DNA of 64,000 nucleotides from a bacterium. Its GTDB lineage: Bacteria; Babelota; Babeliae; Babelales; GCA-2401785. The DNA is taken from NCBI GenBank assembly GCA_023249975.1, contig JAHFBP010000008.1, forward strand, positions 6,011 to 70,010, read 5' to 3'. The position numbers and the translations under genes are program-made. The notes under the pieces are model-generated. The model saw only the letters and a list, made by a program, of their open reading frames with translations. It was not told the origin of the DNA and made no database searches. Numbering within the stretch: the first letter of the stretch is position 1; each line of letters starts with the position of its first letter. Shown here in pieces: positions 53,542 to 62,709 of this stretch.

Positions 53542-54049
53542 CTTTTCTTGGGCAGTTTTATGTTTTTCGATCCTAGGCACCGGTCTTTATGTCATGGGAC
53601 CAAATTCAAATAAACCCAAAGCCAAAGATTTTTATACCTTTGATGCCAGCAAGCCCGTAAAACTGATCACAGCTGATGAATTTGAAGAAAAAGTACTCAA
53701 ATCAACCCGACCAGCCATTGTCGAAGCTTATGCCCCCTGGTGCGGCTATTGCGTCAGAATGACACCAGTTTTCAAACAAGTTGCGCAAGAAATGGGCAAC
53801 GATTACGATTTTTATGCGATCAACACTGACTCTGCACCAAACTTTTCATCCCAATATTCCATTATCACCATACCTGCAATTTTGCTTTTCAAAGATGGAC
53901 ACATTGTTGACCGCAGTGGATCAATCTCAACAGAAGACCTGAAAGCAAAAATTCTCAAAAACTTTGGACAGCCAGCGATCACGCAAATGCCAAATGAATC
54001 AGAATCTGAATTGGATATTAATCCTGAAGATAAGGATGACATAGAATGA
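53534..54049 (+). CDS. Thioredoxin with N-terminal membrane anchor
   Basis: YAPWCGYC, TIP; GTG start overlaps the upstream stop. Confidence 0.88.
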   Translation: MNNFSWAVLCFSILGTGLYVMGPNSNKPKAKDFYTFDASKPVKLITADEFEEKVLKSTRPAIVEAYAPWCGYCVRMTPVFKQVAQEMGNDYDFYAINTDSAPNFSSQYSIITIPAILLFKDGHIVDRSGSISTEDLKAKILKNFGQPAITQMPNESESELDINPEDKDDIE

Positions 54050-54768
54050 AAAAAATATACTCCCTCGCCCCGCATACCCTGATCCTCATTACCTGTTTTA
54101 CGGCCAGCTCCATTCAATCGAAAAAAACCGAACCTGCTGAAGTTTTTTTTCAAAAATATGAAGTAAAAAAACAACTTAAACCCAGTGACCTTGCGGGCAT
54201 TTCCAATGACCAAATTGATGATCACTGGAAGCTCTATGAGGGTTATGTTGGCAACGTGAACAAGCTCAACAATGAATTGACCGATATGCGCAAAAAGGGC
54301 GAATTTCCACGCCTGGCCTATGATGATCGCCGCCGCCGCTATGGCTTTGAATACAACGGCATGGTGCTTCATGAGCTTTATTTTGCCAACCTGACATCGC
54401 AATCAGTACCCCTGAAAACAAATCATCCTTTATACAAAAAAATCACGGGGACCTGGGGAAGATTCAAGCAATGGCAGGACGATTTTGTCCGAGCCGGCAT
54501 GAGTCGCGGCACTGGATGGGCAATTTTGTACATTGATCCAACCACCCATAATTTGACTAATCATTTTATTGAAGAACACGGCCAAGGACACATTGCCGGA
54601 TTTAACCCATTGCTCGTCATGGATGTGTGGGAACATGCTTACATGGTTGACCATAAGGCTGATGGCCGATCAAAATATATTGAAAACTTTATGAAAAACA
54701 TTGATTGGAAAGTCGTTGGAGAGCGATATAACACCGTACTCTCCAACCTACAAATTACGCGATATTAA
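54046..54768 (+). CDS. Fe/Mn superoxide dismutase with signal-like N-terminus
   Basis: DHWKLYEGYV, LHELYF, DVWEHAY. Confidence 0.88.
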   Translation: MKKIYSLAPHTLILITCFTASSIQSKKTEPAEVFFQKYEVKKQLKPSDLAGISNDQIDDHWKLYEGYVGNVNKLNNELTDMRKKGEFPRLAYDDRRRRYGFEYNGMVLHELYFANLTSQSVPLKTNHPLYKKITGTWGRFKQWQDDFVRAGMSRGTGWAILYIDPTTHNLTNHFIEEHGQGHIAGFNPLLVMDVWEHAYMVDHKADGRSKYIENFMKNIDWKVVGERYNTVLSNLQITRY

Positions 54769-54780
54769 CCAAAAAATTGG

Positions 54781-55659
54781 TTATTTAGGATTTCCATGAT
54801 GCTTCTGAGCTGCCTCCATCCATGCATTTACAGCCTGCATTGTCGCCATTTTTGCTCTTTCTACTTCACGAACATCTTCGGATAATGTCATGAGGTACTC
54901 TTCAAATCGAAGTTTACCATCATCTATAGCTTTTTTAATGGCTTCTTGTTGTTCAGGAGTAAACTCCTTAGGCATTCGTGCCATCAAAGATTCACCTGTA
55001 GGACTATCCTTCAGTGGCTGCAAAAAGCTTCTTTCTGCCGCAACCTTAGAGGCTTCTAGCATTTCTTTGCCCACCGGACCTGTAGGATCTTCATGTAAAT
55101 TATTTTTCACTTTTTCACGAAAATCCATCCACGCCTGCATCATATCTTTTGGCGTCAGGTTATTTTTTTCGCGGTACTTTTCTTGGACATCCATCATTAT
55201 ACGAGTATCATTTTCAGACATAAAAGTCACTGATGTGACTTGTTTAATTACTTCTTCGTTTATTGCTTTGTTCATATTGTAAGCTCCGATAAGGCCAATT
55301 GTTTCTTCTACGACTACCAGCTTTTTATTAACATGAGAACTAATTATGTCATTGAGTTTTGCATAAATGTTCTGCAGATCATCCAAGTTTTTTCCAATTA
55401 TTTCTTTTTGTTTTGACAAGCTCTCAATCTCAGAAAGTTGTTTTTCTAATATTTGCTTGATTGTTTTGAGGTTAAAACCAAAAGATTTGTATGCCACAAT
55501 TTGTTGCAACTTCACCACGTCATTCTGAGAATATAGACGATATCCATTGGATTGACGCACCGAAGGCTTGAGCAATTCGGTTTCATCATAGTGATGCAGT
55601 GCCCTAACTGACACTCCGGTCAAATCACTCAACTCCTTAACGTACCATTGGGTTTTCAT
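54781..55659 (-). CDS. MerR family transcriptional regulator
   Basis: GVSVRALHHYD..LLKP.R..NGYRLY. Confidence 0.92.
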   Translation of the reverse strand: MKTQWYVKELSDLTGVSVRALHHYDETELLKPSVRQSNGYRLYSQNDVVKLQQIVAYKSFGFNLKTIKQILEKQLSEIESLSKQKEIIGKNLDDLQNIYAKLNDIISSHVNKKLVVVEETIGLIGAYNMNKAINEEVIKQVTSVTFMSENDTRIMMDVQEKYREKNNLTPKDMMQAWMDFREKVKNNLHEDPTGPVGKEMLEASKVAAERSFLQPLKDSPTGESLMARMPKEFTPEQQEAIKKAIDDGKLRFEEYLMTLSEDVREVERAKMATMQAVNAWMEAAQKHHGNPK

Positions 55660-55694
55660 CTCATATCCTCACACTTTAAAATCCTGTTAAACAC

Positions 55695-55725
55695 AGCCTA
55701 AGGGATAACGCAACGTAAGGGTCAA
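55695..55725 (-). promoter_or_regulatory. MerR-type promoter with 19-bp spacer and imperfect dyad
   Basis: TTGACC-cttacgttgcgttatccct-TAGGCT upstream of the MerR gene. Confidence 0.75.
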
Positions 55726-55812
55726 GAGATATTTTTATATTTTTTAAATTTCCAAAATTTGGGCTAAAATAGGCATCAGATCATATAAAGACGAATATAA
55801 TCCAGGATAGTC

Positions 55813-56445
55813 ATGAGCAAAATTTATCAATACCAACCGCGCATTGAATTCAAGCCCAAGGGACTTTCGGACATTTCTGACCTGCAAATTGACGATCACT
55901 GGAAGCTTTACGAAGGTTACGTCAAGCAAGTTAACGCCCTGAACGCAGAATTGGCATTCTTGCGATCTGAAAAAAAGACCAACTCTCTCGCTTATGCTGA
56001 TCGCCGCCGCCGCTATGGCTTTGAATATAATGGCATGGTGCTCCATGAGTTCTATTTTGGCAATTTAACAGCCGATAGCACAACGCTCAGACAAAGTGCG
56101 CTACGAACCAATATCGAGGCAACCTGGGGATCTGTGGAGGCTTGGCGTGAAGATTTTGCACTGTGCGGACTGACCCGCGGAGTTGGCTGGGCCATTTTGT
56201 ATCTTGATCCGGTAACCAAAGACCTGACCAATCACTTCATTCGCGAGCACCACGAGGGGCATATCTCAACCTTTGTTCCTATTCTTGCCATGGATGTGTG
56301 GGAACATGCTTATATGGTCGACCATCACGCCGATGGCCGTGCCACCTACATCGAAGCTTTTTTAAAGAACATTAATTGGGAAATTAATGAAAAGCGCTAC
56401 GATGACGCCTGTGCGGGCAAACAAATATTTAGATTTGAAGTGTAA
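55813..56445 (+). CDS. Fe/Mn superoxide dismutase (cytoplasmic paralog)
   Basis: DHWKLYEGYV, LHEFYF, DVWEHAY; no signal peptide. Confidence 0.9.
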   Translation: MSKIYQYQPRIEFKPKGLSDISDLQIDDHWKLYEGYVKQVNALNAELAFLRSEKKTNSLAYADRRRRYGFEYNGMVLHEFYFGNLTADSTTLRQSALRTNIEATWGSVEAWREDFALCGLTRGVGWAILYLDPVTKDLTNHFIREHHEGHISTFVPILAMDVWEHAYMVDHHADGRATYIEAFLKNINWEINEKRYDDACAGKQIFRFEV

Positions 56446-56492
56446 AAACAGTATCAAAAAACAACCTAAACCTTTACTCAATTGATTGCAAA

Positions 56493-57455
56493 TCATCTAA
56501 TCCTCTGTCCCCCAACAACAGGATCAAATAAATCATCAGTAATAGAGAACAGGTTTTCTGTTGTATTTTTAACAATAAAACCATTTTTTTGTGATGCATC
56601 ATCTTGGCAAATTCCTGAAATCCGTAACAATGCTGGCCTAAGGTTAATAGGGTATTTGTTGAAAATTTGGCTATCGTTGATGGAAAATCGGGCGAGTGAA
56701 AAAAAATAATGACTTACAGAATAAGGAAATGAGATATCACTTTGATTGATCACCAACTCGACAAGATGCGGAAGTCGCTCGGCCATATCATTAAATACCT
56801 GAGGCAAAAGTTCACAGTTTTCAAAAGTTACTGCCACAATCGAATTATTCACGGGATCAATATCCGCAAAAATTCGTGCCGGCACTTCAATATCGTGAAC
56901 TAAAATATGCATAGGGATATTTTTAATGCTATTGACGGCTATTTTCTTTAAAAATTCTTCATGATCCGTCGCTTCATTATACATAAATGTAAATGCCGGT
57001 AGATGGTTACCGAGATGTTGTTTGAGTATCTCAGATTTGAGCAACGAGGGTAGTTGTCTGAAAAAATAAAAATAATTTTTTCTGTTCACACCTGACAAAA
57101 TTGAATAATTTTCGCGTGCAGTTATGATCGCAATCATACGTTGTGCAATAAACTCAAAAATAATGCTTAAGTGTGATAAATTATGACAATTATAATAATC
57201 AAACACCCTATCAATCTGGGATATCAACACAGGTATCTCTTGATGACAACGTATTCGCTCAATGGTTCTTTCTGCAATATAAAAAGCTAAAGCCTGTGGG
57301 TGAACATCCACTATGAAATCAAAACTTTCTTTATCGTATGGATCATTCATAAGCTTTTCTGCCCGAGTTTGATTAATCTCAGGGAAACACAACACCGGAA
57401 TCGTAAAAAGGATAGCCATCAAAAAAAGTGTGTTAAACAAAGACCTTTGAAGCAT
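56493..57455 (-). CDS. Hypothetical exported protein, possible degenerate LRR in the C-half
   Basis: Signal-like N-terminus; LPHLVELVI segment. Confidence 0.6.
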   Translation of the reverse strand: MLQRSLFNTLFLMAILFTIPVLCFPEINQTRAEKLMNDPYDKESFDFIVDVHPQALAFYIAERTIERIRCHQEIPVLISQIDRVFDYYNCHNLSHLSIIFEFIAQRMIAIITARENYSILSGVNRKNYFYFFRQLPSLLKSEILKQHLGNHLPAFTFMYNEATDHEEFLKKIAVNSIKNIPMHILVHDIEVPARIFADIDPVNNSIVAVTFENCELLPQVFNDMAERLPHLVELVINQSDISFPYSVSHYFFSLARFSINDSQIFNKYPINLRPALLRISGICQDDASQKNGFIVKNTTENLFSITDDLFDPVVGGQRIR

Positions 57456-57555
57456 TTGCCAATTGTCCTACTTGAATTATAATTAAAAGAATCACCATTA
57501 AAGCAATAGCTTATTTCAATAGCACACCTATTTCAATAAAGTAAGGATCTGTTTT

Positions 57556-58002
57556 ATGAACAAATATATTATTACAACGCTGTTTTCGCTTGCCGTTCTT
57601 TGTGCCGCTTCATCACAAGTCTCTGCAGTGATCGACATTGAAAATATTTGTGAGGCAGTTGTGGCACCCGACATTGAAGATATTGTTGATCTTCAAATAG
57701 ACCTACGAAACCTAATATTTGAATACGAACTCTATGAGCACTTTGACCCTCATTTTTTCCATGAGGAAGAATTTGAAAAATTAGCAAATGAGTATATGGA
57801 GAAAGTTACCCAAAACAATAAAGATATCTGTGAATTTGAAATTCAACTGCTCTTTGAAGCCATACAGAAGAAACTTTTTACACAAAAAATAAGTGCTCTT
57901 TCTGACGAAGAAAAAAACACTCGTAAGAATGAGATTTTAGAGCACATTCGTCGCGCAGAAGCAATAATTAAGTCATTAATTGGGGAACAAATTGAGCTCT
58001 AA
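57556..58002 (+). CDS. Small exported hypothetical protein
   Basis: Signal peptide ending VSA; DPHFFHEEEF motif shared with the next gene. Confidence 0.65.
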   Translation: MNKYIITTLFSLAVLCAASSQVSAVIDIENICEAVVAPDIEDIVDLQIDLRNLIFEYELYEHFDPHFFHEEEFEKLANEYMEKVTQNNKDICEFEIQLLFEAIQKKLFTQKISALSDEEKNTRKNEILEHIRRAEAIIKSLIGEQIEL

Positions 58003-58084
58003 CCCAATCAAAATCTTCAAGTTTAACATTGCAACACTAGACAACAATTTGCATATCACAGCGTATTTTCAATAGGGGCTTTTT

Positions 58085-58516
58085 ATGAAAAGCGCTATAA
58101 AGGTTATGATTCTTCCATTTTTTATTTTTTTGATGGCACATGCAGTTTCTGCACATATTAATATTGATGCAATTGCGGATACCAATTTGTACCTTATTAA
58201 ATTACACAAAGAACTTGGAACGCCTTGTGATCCAAGGTTTTTTAACGAAGAAAAATTTGCTGTCTACTTTCAAGAAAAAATAGACAACAACAATCTCATT
58301 CAAGAACGCATACGAACAAAAACAATTAGTAACAGTTATATACAGAAGCATCATGATTTGTATTTAAAAAACTTTTTATATGAAAGTATTGAAGACATGG
58401 TTAAACATGTTGAATCTAAAGTCATTTTCGATAACATCAATGAAATGAAAAGAGTTATAGCAAAAATAGAAATGGATCTGAAAAAAATACGTCGCAATGA
58501 AAGATGTTTTTTTTAA
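58085..58516 (+). CDS. Small exported hypothetical protein (paralog of 57556)
   Basis: VSA-HINIDAI and DPRFFNEEKF. Confidence 0.65.
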   Translation: MKSAIKVMILPFFIFLMAHAVSAHINIDAIADTNLYLIKLHKELGTPCDPRFFNEEKFAVYFQEKIDNNNLIQERIRTKTISNSYIQKHHDLYLKNFLYESIEDMVKHVESKVIFDNINEMKRVIAKIEMDLKKIRRNERCFF

Positions 58517-58528
58517 AAGCATCTTTCA

Positions 58529-58900
58529 TTAAATAGTTTTCGGCAAAAATTGAGCTCCTACCCAATCAAAATCTTCAAGTTTGACATTGCGATATTCGGC
58601 AGTTGCGGTTTGAACAAGAGTTCCAGCCTCATCAACTACTTCATAAGTTCGTACTTCAAAGCAGTTCTTTTTTTCGATCACCATGGCGCGCCGTTTTCCG
58701 TCATGATTTGAACATACCATGCGCACGGTCCCTTTTTCGATCTCTGAATTAATCCGTTCAGTTGAATCTGAAAATTGCGGACCGTGATCTTTCGTAATCA
58801 AAAAGGGAAGACAAAGGCAAGCCCCGCTGATCAATACGACAGCAGATCCCCATAAGTAAATATTTTTCATCTTCGCTCCTTTTATCAAGAAAGGGTGCAC
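58529..58900 (-). CDS. Hypothetical membrane-anchored protein (start probably MKNIY near 58870)
   Basis: AGGAG before ATG; N-terminal hydrophobic helix. Confidence 0.6.
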   Translation of the reverse strand: MHPFLIKGAKMKNIYLWGSAVVLISGACLCLPFLITKDHGPQFSDSTERINSEIEKGTVRMVCSNHDGKRRAMVIEKKNCFEVRTYEVVDEAGTLVQTATAEYRNVKLEDFDWVGAQFLPKTI

Positions 58901-58929
58901 TCTTTCAAATGCACCCCCACCTTATTTAA

Positions 58930-61900
58930 TTATGACATGTAATCAGAACGAGCATTCTTCAGCTCATCGAGCGTTGGAACCCCACCCGCAAACGAATACA
59001 CGCCATGCGTCACATACATTGAATTGGCTTGATCATATGCACGATCACCCGCAACTGCCAATACACAGCCATCTGTATCTATCCAACGAGCACAATGAGC
59101 AGTTCGTATTTGGTCACCCATAGCCCATGGAGCTTCTGTTAAAGTCCCAGCTCCAGCATCGTACAAATACACCTGGTGTGTTTTTTTGTCGTCACGATAC
59201 CCACATGTTGCCAAACTCAATTCATTTGGAGCCCATTGAATAGTGCCACCGTAGCCTATGTTGTAGGTACGAGCAAGATACTTTTCTGTAAAAACACTGA
59301 ATTCTACATTATAGGTATAAATACGAATATTAATATTGTCATATCCCGCACCCTTGAGGGCAAGAGTGTAACTAGTTGGCGCCCATTCAAGATCATAGAT
59401 TTCCTGACCATGATCAATACGAGCAGTAACCACTTCGGTCAATGTTTCTGCAATTGGATCAAACTGATAAATCCGGACACTGGCATAATCATCGCCAAGA
59501 GGTACTCGTTTTCCACCAACAGCTAAGAATACGCCGTCATAACTCCATGAAAGTGACGATACGTTATCACCAAAATCCATAGCACATCCAGCCAATTCAA
59601 CCATTGATTGGCTCGGCATATCAAATCGATATATGCGATGAGTTATAGAATCTTCTGTTCGTCTTCCACCAACTGCAAGATATGTTCCGGCTGTCGTTGT
59701 TGTCCACCCAATTGACATCACAGCCGCACCATGATTCATTTGGCAATTGGCCAACTCGGTCAATGTGCTTGATGTTGAACTAAATTCATACACACGGGAT
59801 GTATAAACAGGGCCACTGGTATCACTCAAGTCAGAATCGAACTGAGCGCCACCGATGGCCATATAAACGCCTGAAAATGTCCAAGCAAGATCATATACTG
59901 TATTTCCATGATCTACTCGACATCCTGCCAAGTCAGTCAATGTTTTTGCAGCATGATCAAATCTATACACACGCGAGGTATAAGATGGAGCCGAAGTATC
60001 ACTTAAATTCGTATCAAATCGCACTCCACCAATAGCAAGATGATTGCGTCCTGGATGCCAATCAAGCACCATTACATCAGTTCCATGATCAGATAAAGAA
60101 GCAATTTCACGATTAAGCGTTGTTCCTGCTGGAACAAATGAATAAACCCGTGCTGTTAGATTGTTTGCGGCATCAATAGTACGTATCCCACCCACGGCAA
60201 TATGACAATCTCCAGTATTCCAGGCTCCAGTAACAATACGGCTCCCATGATCTTCGCAGCAATAGCCCAACATGGTCATGGTTCCAGCACCACTATCAAA
60301 GTTGTAAACACAATGTGTGGCAAAATCACCAGCGCCATCATGAACAGCTCGCTCACCCGCTAACAATGCTCGAGATCCTGAATGTGCCCACTCAAAACTT
60401 CTGATTTCATCACCACCCATAGCAGTACGAGCTGTGGTCACTTCGGCAGCAGTTGTCCCATTAAAGCTGTAAATTCGTGAGGTTGTATAAGTTGAAGCAA
60501 TGTTATTATTTCGCTGACCACCAACACCAAAATGTGTTCCAGCAGCCATCCAGCCACCAGCCCACACAATGCCACCATGATCACCACGCGCTGCAGTCTG
60601 TTCAGTTAATGTTCCAGCACCTGAATTGAAAGTATACACGCGATGAGATGTCATAGTTGCTGAAATATTGGCATTGCGTATCCCACCAACAAATAACTTA
60701 GTATTTGCAGCATTCCAATCAATGGCAAAACAATGACCACCATGATCAGCTCGGCAACCCGTTACTTCAGACAAGGTTCCAGCACCAGAATTGAATGCAA
60801 GAACACGATGAGTTGTGTTTGTTGATGCAATCTTATTGTTGCGTATTCCACCAATGGCAAGATAGGCACTATCAGATGACCAATCAAGATCCATAACCAT
60901 TGCGCCGTGATCAAATCTGCAACCAGTTACCTCTGAAAATGTTTCATTTGATGAATTAAATTGAAAAACACGAACAGATGCTAATGATCCACCAAGTGCA
61001 TTATTCCGGCGTCCACCAACAGCAAGGTATTGATTATCTGCTGTCCATGCAACAGCTGAAACATCGCTGCCAAAATCAATTTCTCCACCGAAAGACAACT
61101 TTGTTAATGTGCTTGTTGTTGAATTGAATTTATACACATTTAATGAACGACGAGCAGGTTCATGCCAACCGGCAACAACTAAATAGGTTCCATTTGGAGT
61201 CCAAGCCATTGAGCGAGCCATATAACCCAAACTTTCTCGAGCGGCAACAATGGGTGATGAAGCATGACTTGAAGTGTTAAAATTAAACAATTCAAGAGAG
61301 TGATTAACGTTCACATCTCGATCACCGCCGACCATAAAGTCTGTCCCTCCTGGACACCAGCCAACGGTATGAGCACGGCCACCACCACGGCTGACGACAC
61401 CTGATGTTTCTTCGGCCAATGTTCCTGCACCAGAATCGAATGAATAAATGCGATTGGTTAGACCAGAAACCTGTTCTCCTGCTATTGCAAGGCGTGTTCC
61501 TGCTGCATTCCATGCAACATGCCAGACAAATGAACCATGATCAGCGCGAGAGTCAACGAGCTCAGGCATTGCGCTCGTTGTGGTATTAAATTCATAGATG
61601 CGATGAGTATATGACGGCTGTGTTGTATCACTTGGAACTGTATCAAATCGGGCTCCTGCAACAGCAAGATTCAAATCTGAGGCATCCCACGCAAGAGACG
61701 AAACAAGAGCACCATGATCACCTCGAGAACCTGTAAGCTCTGTTAATGTGCCGGCACCTGAATTGAACGCAAACACACGATGAGTTGTTTCCGTTGCTGC
61801 AATTACATTAGTTCGTCGACCACCAACGGCCAAACGCAAACCATCAGAAGTCCATGACAAAGCGCGAACTTCAATCCCATGATCAGCACGAGCTGTGGTC

Positions 61901-62499
61901 ACTTCAGTCGCCGTGGTACCATCAAAGCTGTAAATGCGTACACTAACAGTTCCATTGCGCTCACCACCTATTGCAAAATGAGCACCATCTGGCGCCCAAG
62001 CCACTGCAATTACATTCAATCCGTGATCACCGCGAGCTCCGACAACTTCGGTGAGCGATTCCGTGGCGCTGTGATATTGATACACGCGATGCGAAGTATA
62101 CGTATCACCAATGTTGTTATTGCGCAATCCACCTACCAAAAGATAGTTGTCATCTGAGCTCCAATCAACTGCCCAGACCATGTCGCCATGATCAACCTGA
62201 CAAGCTCTGAGCTCTGTCATGAACTTTTCAGTCGCATTGTAGCTGTAAATACGTGTCGTCACATATTTGGCATCAAGAATACCTGTACGTGAACCTGCAA
62301 CTGCCAAAAGACTGCCATCTGAATTCCACTGACCTGCCACAATGTGTGCGCCATGGTCAAATTCGAGATTTGCAACCACCATTCCATGTGGATCTGATTC
62401 CACCAAGCCGATTGAACTTAACTGTTGTGTGCCACATGACAATACAACAAAACACAGTATTCCCGCCACGAAGCGACGGATTGACAAACTAGACTGCAT
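58930..62499 (-). CDS. Exported multi-propeller WD40-like repeat protein
   Basis: About 20 repeats of DHG..V....W..DG..LAVGG.R...T.RIY.F; signal peptide. Confidence 0.88.
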   Translation of the reverse strand: MQSSLSIRRFVAGILCFVVLSCGTQQLSSIGLVESDPHGMVVANLEFDHGAHIVAGQWNSDGSLLAVAGSRTGILDAKYVTTRIYSYNATEKFMTELRACQVDHGDMVWAVDWSSDDNYLLVGGLRNNNIGDTYTSHRVYQYHSATESLTEVVGARGDHGLNVIAVAWAPDGAHFAIGGERNGTVSVRIYSFDGTTATEVTTARADHGIEVRALSWTSDGLRLAVGGRRTNVIAATETTHRVFAFNSGAGTLTELTGSRGDHGALVSSLAWDASDLNLAVAGARFDTVPSDTTQPSYTHRIYEFNTTTSAMPELVDSRADHGSFVWHVAWNAAGTRLAIAGEQVSGLTNRIYSFDSGAGTLAEETSGVVSRGGGRAHTVGWCPGGTDFMVGGDRDVNVNHSLELFNFNTSSHASSPIVAARESLGYMARSMAWTPNGTYLVVAGWHEPARRSLNVYKFNSTTSTLTKLSFGGEIDFGSDVSAVAWTADNQYLAVGGRRNNALGGSLASVRVFQFNSSNETFSEVTGCRFDHGAMVMDLDWSSDSAYLAIGGIRNNKIASTNTTHRVLAFNSGAGTLSEVTGCRADHGGHCFAIDWNAANTKLFVGGIRNANISATMTSHRVYTFNSGAGTLTEQTAARGDHGGIVWAGGWMAAGTHFGVGGQRNNNIASTYTTSRIYSFNGTTAAEVTTARTAMGGDEIRSFEWAHSGSRALLAGERAVHDGAGDFATHCVYNFDSGAGTMTMLGYCCEDHGSRIVTGAWNTGDCHIAVGGIRTIDAANNLTARVYSFVPAGTTLNREIASLSDHGTDVMVLDWHPGRNHLAIGGVRFDTNLSDTSAPSYTSRVYRFDHAAKTLTDLAGCRVDHGNTVYDLAWTFSGVYMAIGGAQFDSDLSDTSGPVYTSRVYEFSSTSSTLTELANCQMNHGAAVMSIGWTTTTAGTYLAVGGRRTEDSITHRIYRFDMPSQSMVELAGCAMDFGDNVSSLSWSYDGVFLAVGGKRVPLGDDYASVRIYQFDPIAETLTEVVTARIDHGQEIYDLEWAPTSYTLALKGAGYDNINIRIYTYNVEFSVFTEKYLARTYNIGYGGTIQWAPNELSLATCGYRDDKKTHQVYLYDAGAGTLTEAPWAMGDQIRTAHCARWIDTDGCVLAVAGDRAYDQANSMYVTHGVYSFAGGVPTLDELKNARSDYMS

Positions 62500-62599
62500 C
62501 TTCTCCCTCTCCTTAAAGAAAGATACATAAAAATCACCCTAAAAAGGTGCCTGCGTGACATGATATCTGAGGATGCATCAAAGTAAAGAACCAATTTCC

Positions 62600-62701
62600 A
62601 AGAGGGCTAGTTGTGCCCTCTTAAGATCTCCGCAATTAGGGAGTCATCCCCAAAATCCCCGTGTCCGCTCGTACTGAGCTCGTCGAACGTATTTGAGCGG
62701 A
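62600..62701. repeat. REP-like hairpins (aagagggc/gccctctt and tccgctc/gagcgga)
   Basis: First stem is shared with 9786-9809; second encloses ctgagctcgtcgaa, resembling the family A core. Confidence 0.5.
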
Positions 62702-62709
62702 TAAAAAAG

